A stretch of 64,000 nt of DNA, from positions 1,565,949 through 1,629,948 of the forward strand of contig OZ287698.1 in the NCBI GenBank assembly GCA_965649825.1, read 5' to 3'. The notes beneath the pieces are model-generated. The model was not told the DNA's origin and searched no databases. It saw only the letters and a program-made list of their open reading frames with translations. Position numbers and translations under genes: made by a program. The DNA is from Penicillus capitatus (taxonomy: Eukaryota > Plantae > Chlorophyta). Every line of letters starts with the position of its first letter. The stretch's first letter is position 1. Of the stretch, positions 1 through 12,031 are shown one piece after another.

Positions 1-713
1 CTTCGCAATGACTCTCTCTTGAAAAGCAATGGACTCTTTGCTGTACTTCTAGAGATAGAGGACATCACCGGGCCTTACAGAGTGAGTGGGTCAGAGGAAT
101 ACCCCGGACGAACGGATGTTCTCGACGAACTTTTGATGCGTCACCTTATGGCTATTGAACACCAGAGATCGCAGAAGAGTGAGCATGAGGAAAAGATGTA
201 CGCGTCTGGTGGCTTGTAGAGTTCAAACTCGACGAGGTAAACTGGCCGGTTCAGTTGGAACACGTATGACGCCGCCACAAACACCAGCATCAATGCACAC
301 ATGCTGAATGTGACCTTGATGGATACACACATACCATCAGCCGAAGTAACAAGGATGTCATAAGACAGAGGGAATACCAGGTTGATTTTGAGATCTGTAT
401 GGTGCGCCGTTTGCCATATTTGTGTGATGTGACCCTCGCTAAACAACTTCCACAGTTCCAACTGTCGGCATCGCTAGAATCAAGCTAAGAGGGTGACGAT
501 ATGGGCTTGACTGTGAGAAATGCGGCAAGCGGGACAAGGAGGAAGGTCATCGCATGGCGACATAGTAATTTGTATCCGGCCGTTACGTACTTCCACCCAA
601 CATGCTGGCGATAGTCTGGACATACAGAATTCTATTATTTAAAACGCAGATAACGGACCTATGAAATCGGGTGACCCCGGAGAAGGAACTCCACGATTGC
701 GTCCCGTCGCCAT
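1..713 (-). CDS. KCS: 3-ketoacyl-CoA synthase (FAE1/KCS very-long-chain fatty acid elongase); runs off the window edge, 3' part missing
   Basis: Spliced translation from the ATG at 713 reads PDFIDYRQHVGWKYVTAGYKLLCRHAMTFLLVPL...RPVYLVEFELYKPPD...KFVENIRSSG|KYSKESIAFQERVIAK. This matches the KCS N-terminus (PDFLQSVNLKYVKLGY / RPVYLVDF.CYKP / FQRKILERSG). Short GT-AG introns. Confidence 0.88.
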
Positions 714-881
714 GTTGGATATCGTCAGATCAATCGCTCAGCCGTGAAGTTGGCGGGTAACCTCACGACGCCGTACAGGAAGCGATTACGTAATGGTCAC
801 TAAATGAAACGTGAATCGACCGTGTTCTTAACTCGCAGATGGCTCAATGATTCTCGTGTGTATCGACGACTCGCAGCGAAG

Positions 882-3083
882 ATGCAATCATCTTCGAAGC
901 AAGGGGAGAGCATGGACGAGAAGCCTCCTGTCGATATCGAATACCGCAACCTCAGTTTTAGAGTCGTATCCAAGGACGAAGAGGATGGCGTCTTCTATAT
1001 CTTGAAAAATTTGAACGGGACCTGTCGAAGTGGACGATTGCACGCTATCTTGGGGCCCTCTGGAGCCGGGAAGACGACATTGGTATTGACACTTCGTCGC
1101 GGGCGATGTAACACGTGTCATTTTTAGTTGGACACTCTGGCCGGAAATATCTTTGGCGGCCGCCTCGAGGGGCAGATCTTCGTCAATGGCGTCGAGACGA
1201 CGTTCAAAGCGATGGCCAAGCTCAGTTGCTACGTCATGCAGCATCCCATCCTACTGTCTACTGCAACGGCAAGAATAACGATCCATCTGTGGACCTTATG
1301 CAAACACCCGTTTCCTGACCGATAGGTCAAGGAAGCGCTGATGACCAACGCCCTTCTGCGTTTGTCGAGATCTGTTCCCAGAATTCAGAAGGAGAAACTG
1401 GTGACAGATATCATCGACGAACTGGCGAGTCTATTTCTACAGAAGATGAAAACTATTGGTGTTGGATGCAGGGGTTAACGGAGTGTGCGAATGTGCTGGT
1501 TGGCAGTGAGAAGGATGACATCAAAGGGATCAGTGGTGGACAGATACGCAGACTGGCCATCGGACTGGAACTGGTCACGCGACCCAGTGTCATCGTCTTG
1601 GACGAGCCAACGAGTGGATTGGACAGCGAGATTGCCCTGACGACGATGCTCACACTCAAATCACTGGCCGAAAATCGCCGAACGGTGGATAACAGATCAC
1701 AGCGGCATTTGTGGCAAGTCATGTGTATGCAGGTGGTCTGCAGCATTCATCAGCCAAACTCTGACATTGTGGATACCTTTGATGATATTCACCTCATGGC
1801 ACAGGGACGGAGTGTGTATCTGGGTCCTTGGTCCCAGGCTGTCGGTTTCTTTGTCAAGGCCGGATTCGAGTGAGCCATGCTTGAATGTTCATGGCCCTTT
1901 ACATGTGTCCCGTCACAGATGTCCGACCTACAAGAATCCCACCGACTACTTCATGACTGTCATAAAGCAGAAAGAGAATGCAAAGATGATTGCCGATCAG
2001 TTTGAAGCCAACAGACAGGCCGAGCGGGTCGAGGGAGAAACGCCGCCATCTGCAAAGAATTCAAACACGAGTCGGAATCTGCTTCCCCTTGCGATTGAGG
2101 CCATACATTTGTCTTGCAGACAACAAGGGACTGGGCAATGGCGATGAAAAGACATCCGATGTGCCGTGGTGGTTTCAGACATGCATCTTGTGGATCCGTT
2201 TCTTCCGCACGTGGATACGGAATCCCATTCTGTTTTGGTCCGAGTTCATTCAATACGTCATCACTGGATTGCTAGTTGGTCTGCGCTTCTTCCCTCTGCA
2301 GTAGAGGCAATGCCAAGTATTGTCATAGGGTTAATGTACTACAAGATTGATGACAGTCTGAACTTCGGCACAACCGACCGTTACAGCTCGCAGTTCTTCA
2401 TCCTGGCAGCCATGATGTTCATCCCACCCTTTGCTGCTGTGACCTTGTGGGACACCGAACGCAAACTGCTGAAAGTCGAGACCAACAGAAAGTCCTACAG
2501 CATCTTCTGCTACTTTCTCGCCAAGACAGGAACTACATGGCCGATGGAAATCTTCCTCTCGCTGACACTCTCTCTCATTTGTTACTGGATGATTGGTAAA
2601 GCAGTCTCCTACACGGTGTTCTACAAACGAGAGATGTTCCGTTTGCAGGCTATCAAACTGGTTTTGACAAGTTCATGATATTCTTCGTCATCGTTGTCCT
2701 GTTCCAATTGATCTCTGAAAGCCTGGGACTGGTAATACCTATGACGACCGTTCTCTTCTTATCCGCTCTCGTAGTTGTGTGCTTTTATGACGAGCAAGTC
2801 TCAGTATGCCGTCGTGGTATTGAGTCTTGTGGCATTGCTCATCATGTCCTTCACAGGATTCCTCGTTCGCGACATCCCAGTCTATTTTGAATGGATTCAG
2901 CAAAGCGCTTACATCTCTTTTGCCACGGCTGCCTTGGCCAGATCCGAATTCGACGGGATTCAGTTTCGCCATCCAAATGGCAGTCTTGTCGAAGGAAGCA
3001 GTCTATTGAGAGATGAACCCTATTTGGACGATGACTTGATGGAGGCCACTCGAGAAGATCTCCATGTCCTTACCAACGAGTAA
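882..3083 (+). CDS. ABCG: ABCG (White-type) half-size ABC transporter, NBD then TMD, 9 short introns
   Basis: Walker A GPSGAGKTT, signature ISGGQIRR, Walker B VLDEPTSGLD, SIHQP, CPTYKNPTDY, then the ABC2 membrane domain. Two introns have GC donors (1269-1325, 1425-1471). Confidence 0.95.
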
Positions 3084-4295
3084 GCACATCATCTGATATC
3101 AGCAGAGAAATTGATCCTGTCGAATGGCGATGTAGTTTGAGTGTGGGAGAGAACTGTTGGGCAATGTTTGGCATTTTGATAGGTCTTCGATTGCTATGCT
3201 ACGGAGCATTGGTTCTCTCTGCCAAGTTGAGATTTCTCTGAATTGACTCACAGCATTTACTGCAGACAACTGCAAAACAGATTCGCTGACGTGCATTTTA
3301 GTTTCGATTGTGGATTCTTAGTCCAGACTTTCCTTCTCCTGTTAGTAACAGGACTCTGCGCTTGATGTTCTAACCATAGGCAATGCATTAAAAACGTTCT
3401 CGACTGCATGCTAGTAGCCTCCCATACCGTTTCATGCCGTATCCCCATGACTAAGTGGAATTCGGTGGTAGAAGGCAACAATTCTGTCTTCCAAAGCGCA
3501 AGAATGATGCAGTTGCTTCTATATCCCTTTCTAGAAAACCGCCTTGGTCTGTCATTTTTGCCGCAGAAGTGAACGATTTGATGTTCACTGACCTGGCGCT
3601 GCCTATGGGTCTTCCTAAACTGTTTGGACCCTTCTGAACACGAAGTTTCTTTTAAAATTGCTGAAGGTCGGTCTATCGACTCCACAACACCCATCTACCG
3701 CGTAAAGACTAAACGCCCACCCCATCATCTTTCGGAGCACCGTCGTTTGATGGAACATTGATGGTGACGTCCTTCTCTGCCGCCCTTCAGACAAAGCTTC
3801 AATTTCGTTCTGCCGTTTGCGGCTGTGGGGTATTTTTGATCCGATCATAACCGACGCGCAGAACCAACAGTAGAACGCCTTTTCTTCAATATATTTACAA
3901 CAATCGTGCCGTCTATCTTCTAAACGTCAGGTGTCGCAATCTTTCTTGTCAAAATGGTGATAGTTGGCCACAGAAATCACCCTTGTCATCATCCCTTCTT
4001 CCATTGTCTACTGGATCGAAGATCGATCCCTCCTTTCCACATACGCGTGTGCAGTCAGTCATCCCAATATGTCTGCGGCTCGATCGAACGTCTGTTGGAC
4101 AAGAAGATGCTCTGGGTAAATATTATCTCGGCATCATCTACTGATTGGCTTCTGAATTCGTGTGCTTCTCTCTCTGTTAATTTCTCCGATGACTCTATTG
4201 TTGACTCGTGCATTTTCTCACGAGTGAATCTTTATATGCTGTCAGGCTGCCGAGCCTATCTTCCATCTTTCTTTTATTATTGAACCGACTGTCAG

Positions 4296-4682
4296 ATGCA
4301 CTCCTATCATTTGCAGAAAGATTCAAAGAAACAAACATGGAATGCTTACGCAACCATCAACTCTCGTGATGCGAAATCCCACGACAAACTTCTGAACAGT
4401 AGTCTCTCTCCTATAGATCCGTCAGCCCTTCATCGTAGGCGCCTCGGTCGAGACGACGAGACAAGAAGTCGCTGTCACTACAAGCAGGTAAGAATCCGGA
4501 GTCCTCGGTATTCTTTGTAGTTAGTTGGCACTGCAGTTTGATTCGAATGTCTTTGTCCATATCACAGCCAGTATTGTGAGCTTGTCTTCTCGTCGCTCTT
4601 CGCATGGTATGTTGTTTTAACGCATGTATTATGTCAGCTCAGTCAAGGTTATTCAGACAGACGATGATTGAATGCTTCTAAC
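4296..4682 (+). CDS. Possible small orphan multi-exon gene; limits uncertain
   Basis: Consensus-like introns GTAAGA...CTGCAG (4488-4536) and GTATGT...GTCAG (from 4607) link ORF 4296-4520 to further reading frame. No recognisable domain. Confidence 0.25.
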
Positions 4683-4958
4683 TTGAACAAGTTAATAGCT
4701 TTAAGAAATTATTTTGGATCACCGTCAGGAGCATCAATCGACTCCAAATGAAATGTCAGATCGAGATGCATTTGTTCACGAGATTCGGGGCTCCTAAAGT
4801 ATTGTTCAACAGCTGTTGTCCCCCTTATTTCTAATACCACCGGCAGCAAAAATGCGCAACTCCATTGCTGGGACAAGCTACCGGTATTGACCAGATCACC
4901 AGCAGAAAATACAATAACAAATCCGAGGTCAACCGCTCTCGCCATCGCCTTCTTATTT

Positions 4959-6054
4959 CTAATACGATTTGTACACTCTACTAACAGTGTATATCCCCCA
5001 GTGAAATTCGTGCATCTCTGGAGGCTCATGAGGATACTGAGCTTGCTTCCAAGGACTGTCTACAAGTTCGAATATAAAATACTTCAGCCCAATGCCGTCA
5101 GCCCAAGAAGAGAACTTCTGCAATACCAACAACACAATTGTCTATATGATCATCACGGGCTGCGTTACCTCTCTGTACAACTGGGCCACCTGGAAGTTGC
5201 CGCGTTGACGTTCATGAGCTGCAGACTGTGATGGCCATCCTGTCTCGGTCACGATCACTTCCTTTCCGTAATACAGTTTTTGGAAGGTCGTTATTTGCTT
5301 AATGGCAGATCCGAGAGCATTTTCTGCCATCACGTAAGGATCTGGGTTCTGTGGGAGATCTGTTTGATAGTATGGATGGATGTTGACGCCGACAGCATCA
5401 GATACACCAACGACTGCTGGGTGTGGGATCACATCAACGGAGAACACTGGTACGTTTTGCAAAACACTGCTGCCTAACTGACGACCGAGCGCCCGTACCT
5501 GAACACAGAAACATCAACCACTCCGTATCGTCAGCAAGTAAGCGTTTCAGTCCAGACTTTATCTTTTACATCCCAGATGAGACCAGCCAGAACACCAGGC
5601 GACATGGATCGTCTGAAGAGCACTTCATTGCCCACTGCGATGCCGATCAGCTTGGCATGAGGGTATTTCTTCAGGTAGATGAGGAGATCGGACACCTCTT
5701 GTCTGTTCCTGTGGTCATTGTTATCGATCCAGAGACCCATAAGCACTTCGCAGTTTTCATTTGTCGCCGCCGTCAGCGCTATGTCATTGAGCTTATGGCA
5801 TTCCGTCGAATACATCCGAATGCGCGATGTATGCAACTTTGCAATGTTGTGGTCCTGTGTAATTTCACTTTCGGTTGGACAGGCACCGTACTGTCGGTAA
5901 GGAGAGTAGGCAACTCCATAAAAGCGCTGAGCGTCCTAGAAAGAAACCATTTCAACCCAATTGAATAGACTATTGCACGCCTCACGAGCTCGGGAAAGAA
6001 AAGAAACAGGCTGCAAAGGACGACAGCAGTTCTCAGTGCCAAACAACAGTCCAT
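4959..6054 (-). CDS. Glycoside hydrolase family 17 beta-1,3-glucanase/glucanosyltransferase (Bgl2/Scw-like) with N-terminal hydrophobic signal or anchor
   Basis: RIRMYST, VLMGLWI, GIAVGNEVL (acid/base Glu), VNIHPYY, IVTETGWPS (nucleophile Glu), FELVDSPWK, HWGIY. Stop TAG at 4959-4961. Several short introns. Confidence 0.9.
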
Positions 6055-6365
6055 AGCGCCTAAAACAGCGTCGGCGACCTACAGAAATCAATAACAAACT
6101 GGTCTACGCCAGTGTACATCGAGTAACGCATCGCACCAGTATGTCTAGTACTTTGAGAGATACGTCCTCTCCCCGTCAATGGTAAAGAAAGAAAAACACT
6201 CTTACTCTAAGTCGTCGTCGTAGCTCAAGGGGAATGTCCGTGCCTGTCGTCAGTTAATAATTCTACGTCGACCGACGCTCGGTCCGATGTTTTCAAGATA
6301 AATTACGAACGCGGTTGCTTAACCGTCGAACACGCCGCTTACGCGGATCGTTCGTTGTATCACCT

Positions 6366-7667
6366 CTACAATTCGAAGGCTCCAGGGAAATGTTTATGGC
6401 ACATACGACTCACGTACTCGTCAACTTCTTCCAATGTGAAATCATCCAGAATATCGAGAGCGACGTACAACGTCTTGGAACCGGCTTTCTTTGTCATGAC
6501 CCAGCCTCCTCCGGCCTCTCCCTTCACGACGGTCTCGAAATCTCCTCCGTCTTCCGCAGCCAAGCAATGCTCATCGATTTTGTTCTGAATCCGAGTCAAT
6601 ATCTGCAATGTCTTGTCGTTCAGTGTCTTCACCTTCTTATCAGGTGTGGCATAGCCCACGTGCATCAAACGATCCACATGAACATAGCGATAGCCGGCAA
6701 TGTGATAATCCTTGGTGGTGCTTGTCATCGCAGTTGCTGCCTGAAGGAGTGACGTGGCATCTTTACGAATCTCTTCGTTCAGTGTGTTAAAGGCCAAAGG
6801 CGTCTGAGGATTGGCATCCAGGATCAGAAAGATGGACAGGGGTAACTTGTAGAGAGGCATCAGCCAAAATGGCGTCAATTCCTCCTCCTCCATAATGTGT
6901 ATCAATGCAGCCCCTCTCTCCAACCCCTTTCCTTCAGACAGCATCTCACTCTTTTCCACAAAGCCATAGAGCTGTCTCGTATTCTTTCCATTGAGATCAC
7001 TCCATAGCAGAAAGGCATCGAAGCAGATCATCACGCGACGCACAGAAGCGCCCACATCAATCTGATGCAGCGCCTGGACCAGGGTTTGGAGGGAAAGGAA
7101 GGCAGAACGCCCAAGTGTCAGTGTGGGTACGGCTCCCAATCGCCCGAGCGACAGCGGGTTCTCAAATTTCTTCCGTTCAGCAGATCTCTTCTGCACCAAC
7201 ATATCGCCCCAGATTTCAACAATCCCTTGGAGTGAGGCTCGTGCACGTCTTCCTGTTGCATCCAGATCCAGCAGACGTTGCACTGAGCCATGCAAAAGGA
7301 CCAAGTACCCATAGAGATCTTCCAAGAAGATCTTGCATCCACCACTTCCTGCCTTTCCTGGTCCCCAGTTGTTTCCCACCACCATGCCCACCCAGACACC
7401 CGGTTCAAAATTCCGAACAGCCCATTTGCGTTTGTCTGTGTCGAGGGTGATGAAATTTGAGTCGCCGGAAAACGTCCCGGAGAAGAGAGAAAATGTCTGC
7501 GCCAGACCGACTGTTGACAGCTGCTCGTCAATATTCACAGCGGACGGAAAGAACGCCAGAATCTTCTCTTTCTCTGTCGATTCTGTGTTACCTCGTCGAG
7601 AATCGTAGATAAACAGAAGCAGAGATGCCTCCGGGGTCAACGACTTACTCGAACGCCTCAACATCAT
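6366..7667 (-). CDS. CCZ1: Vacuolar fusion protein CCZ1 (Mon1-Ccz1 Rab7 GEF subunit), intronless, 433 aa
   Basis: LFIYDSRRG...EKEKILAFFP...EQLSTVGLAQ...F...FEPGVWVGMVV longin motif; C-terminal YRYVHVDRL. Confidence 0.88.
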   Translation of the reverse strand: MMLRRSSKSLTPEASLLLFIYDSRRGNTESTEKEKILAFFPSAVNIDEQLSTVGLAQTFSLFSGTFSGDSNFITLDTDKRKWAVRNFEPGVWVGMVVGNNWGPGKAGSGGCKIFLEDLYGYLVLLHGSVQRLLDLDATGRRARASLQGIVEIWGDMLVQKRSAERKKFENPLSLGRLGAVPTLTLGRSAFLSLQTLVQALHQIDVGASVRRVMICFDAFLLWSDLNGKNTRQLYGFVEKSEMLSEGKGLERGAALIHIMEEEELTPFWLMPLYKLPLSIFLILDANPQTPLAFNTLNEEIRKDATSLLQAATAMTSTTKDYHIAGYRYVHVDRLMHVGYATPDKKVKTLNDKTLQILTRIQNKIDEHCLAAEDGGDFETVVKGEAGGGWVMTKKAGSKTLYVALDILDDFTLEEVDEYVSRMCHKHFPGAFEL

Positions 7668-7681
7668 TCATCAACATCACA

Positions 7682-9472
7682 ATGTCGAGTGCCGTCGATA
7701 AGATACATGTGAACGTAAAGTGGGGCAAGAAGCTGTTCGAGAATGTGGAAGTCGATTTGCGAGAGCCCCCACTTGTGTTCAAGTCGCAGCTGTTTACGCT
7801 TTCGGGCGTGGCACCGGAGCGGCAGAAAGTAATGGTAAAGGCGAAATTGTTGAAAGACGACACTTGGAACACCGTGGCGGGTTTGAAAGACGGACAGACG
7901 TTGCTTCTGATGGGCTCCTCCGATGCTGCCGCCGTGGCGCCTCCAGCACAGGAGGTCCCATTTGAGGAGGACATGCCCGAGGAAGAGCGGGATGTCTATG
8001 GACTTAAGAAATACGGCGCCGGGTTGAAGAATTTGGGAAACACATGCTATATGAATGCCACGATGCAGTTGCTGTACTCCGTGCCTGAATTACGAGAAAG
8101 CTTGGAGAATTATGACAGCCAGCAAGGAACTGGAGCATTGGCCATGTCTGCCAAGCTGACATCCGCCGCCGGGGGATTATTTAAGGAAATGACGCGCACG
8201 GGTTCATCAGTGATGCCCGTTCGATTCTTATTTACACTCAGGGCTAAGTATCCACAATTTGCCGAGATGGCAAGAGGAGTCTATCGCCAACAAGATGCCG
8301 AAGAATGCTTTTCGCAAGTGGTCCACTGCCTATCTGAGTCGATCAAAGTATGGATAAAATCCCTCATTGCGGTGGTCTCTTGTATTAAGAGAGTTGTGTG
8401 TTCGTTCGTTCGCGTCCAGGTCGATCCAGCAGATCCGGAGAGTCTATCTCAGATGCAATCGCTGTTTGGAATTGACATGGTCACAACGTGGGTCTGCAAA
8501 GAGACAGAGGAAACGATGACGGTGCGAAACCCATCTCGTCCATCGTCCTTTTATGACCGTCTGTCTTTACTGCAGGTGCATACCAGTGCGACAACATTGA
8601 AGTGTAATATTCCGCCGACGCCTCCGATTCATCATGTCCATGAAGGCATCATCGAAGGTTCGAAGAGGGAGATGAGAGGTTTGCCAATCCTGTGCTGGCA
8701 GGACTTAGGGCAGATCGTTCGCAGAGGTCCGAAGCAGCGGGACGCGATGTCTTCTTTGAAGGAAAATCTGAAATCGAGAAGCTCTCGCATTATGTCATGC
8801 TACACATGATGCGATTCAGCTATCGAACAGACACGCAGCAGAGGGCCAAGATTCTTAGAAAGGCAAAATGGTTGCCACGAGACCCCACATCTGAGATCAC
8901 TGTCTGCAGGTGGTGTTCCCTGGGGTCTTAGATCTATACGAATTCTGCACAACGAGCTACAAAGAGCAGCTGGATGTGGCAAGAAAGAAGCTTGAAGAGT
9001 TGAATGAAGAGCAAACGCACGATGAGGCCAAAGGAAAAGAGAAGACCGAAGAGACAGGGAAGACTGCCATGAATTCTACGCCGGAACAAGTCGGTGCCGT
9101 TGTCCCTGCTGTCTTGTCATCTGTCTGCAGTCAGGAGAGGGCTCCAGTCCAGCTGATGCGGTGATGGAAGACAGCAACGACGGTTCTCACGCTGACAAGG
9201 CCTTGACAGGTGACCATCCGTCCACAGCCCAAAATGACAAATAACAGACACAATGCGCAGGACGTTATCGCCTCATGGGCATCTTGACGCACAAAGGCAG
9301 AAGCGCAGACTCTGGTCATTACGTTGCTTGGGTGAAACATGAAGACAGCCAGTGGATACAGTATGATGACGAAGATCTCATCCCCACAAAAGAAGAGGAG
9401 GTGATGCAACTCAATGGCGGCGGAGATTGGCACATGGCCTACTTGCTCCTATTCAAAGCAGAGACCGTCTAG
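7682..9472 (+). CDS. UBP6: Ubiquitin carboxyl-terminal hydrolase UBP6/USP14 (UBL + USP), 6 introns
   Basis: N-terminal UBL (VNVKWGK...PERQKVMVK...LLMGS), Cys box GLKNLGNTCYMNA, QQDAEECF, KAKILRK|VVFP, His box LTHKGRSADSGHYVAW, GGGDWHMAY. Confidence 0.96.
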
Positions 9473-9528
9473 ATCTCCCTGGCGGCAAAATCTTGACCCC
9501 TTGACGGTCTATGGCATTACCAGTGACT

Positions 9529-9533
9529 TTACA
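9529..9533 (-). terminator. Putative chlorophyte poly(A) signal TGTAA for the CNBD gene
   Basis: TTACA on + strand about 22 bp beyond the stop. UGUAA is the established Chlorophyta near-upstream element. Confidence 0.4.
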
Positions 9534-9554
9534 GAATAACCAGAGAGGACGCTA

Positions 9555-11118
9555 TCAGGGTTTCCATTTTGGAACGTGTTCACGTTCGTCGCCAAAACTG
9601 TCTGTGTGTGAAACAAGGTAGTGTTCTTTCTGGCGTTCTGCAAGAATACTCTTAACGAGGTCTGCTTTGTACCTCTCCCATTTGAGCCCTTCGATCAAAT
9701 CTGCTAACAGTTCATTGTCATTGCGATACGCCTCGCAATGCTCTTCCAGCTTCTTTCGCGTCGATCCGTCGATCTTGTTCAGCAGATCGTACCTGTAGAT
9801 GCATAGATAGAAGACTATTCATATTTGCATCTAACGGCAAACCGTGTCAGGACAAGGAGTTCAGTAACTGCATTGCTGATGACGCTCGCGGCTCTGGGAC
9901 TGCCTTTCAAAGCGGCGATTTCGCCAAATGTCGAGTACGGTCCAAGGGTCATCAATTCCAGAAAGATCTACCGTGTGTCCACGACACCCTCTCCAAGACG
10001 CTCATGTCCCCAACCAAGACTCACGTCTTCAGCCGAATCGATTGGCTGTTTTTCGGAAGACACTCGACTGACAGACGAGCGTTGAGTGAGGGGTGGGGAG
10101 CGAGGAGAAGGCGTGAGGTCTTTTGGGAGGGATTTGTACTTCACTGACCACGTAGACGACGGAGAGATGCGCGTCGAGAGCTGCGGATCGCGTTCGAGCT
10201 CTCTGAACAGTTTCTACATCCACAGGGGTCACGCAAACAACAGCATTCCATTGCTGTCGACCCGAGTTGGGCGCATTCGACGGACAATGCGGACCTCCCC
10301 GGACTTGATGAAGTAAAGGGCGTCTGTTTCGCAGTCTTGCTCGATGATCACCGTGTTGTATGGAACTTTCCGGACGGACATGATCGATGCGAGATGTTCC
10401 AACTCTTTCAGATCCCATCCCACAAATGTCGGCTGGTGACGCAAAACGTCGACCTGAAAGCTGAGACTCTCGTTTCTGTACATTCGACGCGAGGCCGCGA
10501 CCTTTCGCTGCAGGTCTTCTTGGTGAATACGTGCCAGGTAACTGCGATAGATGTCTCCTTCGATCGTCAGACATTCGACTTCCGATGTCGTGACAATGGT
10601 GGCGGCGCGGCGACTCAGTTCTTCGACGAGAGCCGATTCTCCAAATGACTGGCCGGCCGTCAGCGTGAGCAGCGTCATCGGATCGCTGCCATCCCCTGAA
10701 AACGCGTGCGAGAGAAACGTGGGAAACACGCAGCATTCTATGCGTGACCCGATCTCTTTCGGACGGCGACAGATCCAGAGACGATGATGTAGAAGCACTT
10801 GGCGATGTCGCCCTGAAGAGAAATGTTCAAAGACAATAGACAATGGTCACATGAATCGTTCGTTGCCTCTTCGAAGAGCGTTGTGCATGGCTCGCACTGT
10901 TTATAGGCGACGATTTTTGCGAGATCCTCTTGTATTCTCACATCGAGCTTTGCAACGAATTCGGCTTTCTGCAGAGCCCGATGGACGGACACGAGTTCTT
11001 GTGGCGTGCGCTCGTTCGGCGGCAAGGCCAAAATGCGTCGCAGAGCGATGCGCTCCGTCGAATTGATCAACGATTCCTGCGCCGAAATGGCCTCCACTTC
11101 ACTCGGTTGTCGCAACAT
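9555..11118 (-). CDS. Protein with two cyclic-nucleotide-binding domains (CNBD2/PKA-R-like); 5' end may extend to about 11288
   Basis: Spliced: LFEEGDIAKCFYIIVSGSV...GQSFGESALVEELSRRAATI (CNBD1); VIIEQDCETDALYFIKSGEV...GPYSTFGEIAALKGSPRAASV (CNBD2). Stop TGA at 9555-9557. Confidence 0.85.
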
Positions 11119-11151
11119 CTACGAATCTCATGCACGACGTGATGGATATTC

Positions 11152-11171
11152 GCATGCATGCATGCATGCAT
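11152..11171. repeat. (GCAT)n palindromic microsatellite, probably intronic or in the 5' region of the CNBD gene
   Basis: GCATGCATGCATGCATGCAT read directly. Confidence 0.8.
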
Positions 11172-12031
11172 TTTCGCCAAGGTACTCTCCGCTGGATTCT
11201 TACTTTCTCGTCGGTGCGGCGGCGCGTTGGCGGCGGCGCGGAGCGTTGCACGACGCAGAAGGCTTGTGTATATTTGAGTGTGTAACATGAAGAAACGTTG
11301 AATCTTTATGATTAGATTTAAAAGCACTCTCTATCGGACGACTAGTCTAGTTGTTGCTGTCAGACGTCTAAAGTAAAGGGTACGCTTAGTATTAGAAGAG
11401 AAAAACAGCTTCAGCACTTCATAAATTCAAAAAGGCTCAAGAGAAGTTACCAATGAAAAGACTCAATGCGTTACAATGGAGTGAGGGCTTGGGAAAGTAC
11501 CCGGACAGACTGCCGGATCTATCACTGCCGTGTTTTCAAACAGAGCACACTACCCGTCTAGAAGTTACTGTCCAAACAGGGCTCCCCTCCTTACGAAACA
11601 GAATTAAAAGAAATTAAGAGATCTTTGACTGTATAAGAAAATCACTCAGATCGTGAAGAAGCGACAAACCCCCTCTTTCATACAACCCTGCAGAGAACAT
11701 CCCATTGCCTAGGTGTGATAGCATTGCAAGATCAAAAAACTGGCGGTCGGGATTCAAGGATATGAATGATGACGCAACGGACAAAACAAGAAAGAATAGC
11801 TCGTGTCCTCGACATTGATAACGTGGGTCTTCACGGATCCCATTCTTCATAATCAAAATCAGATGCATTGGTAAAGACACTTTGTAAGGAGAAGACGACA
11901 TAGACCAAAAACACCACAGACTATCGACAGTTGCTGGATGACGAACAAGGAACCACAACAGCAGAAGAAGTGAAGTGAGAAGGAGGAATCAACGAACAAT
12001 GACAACGACAGCAACAACAACAAACCACTGT

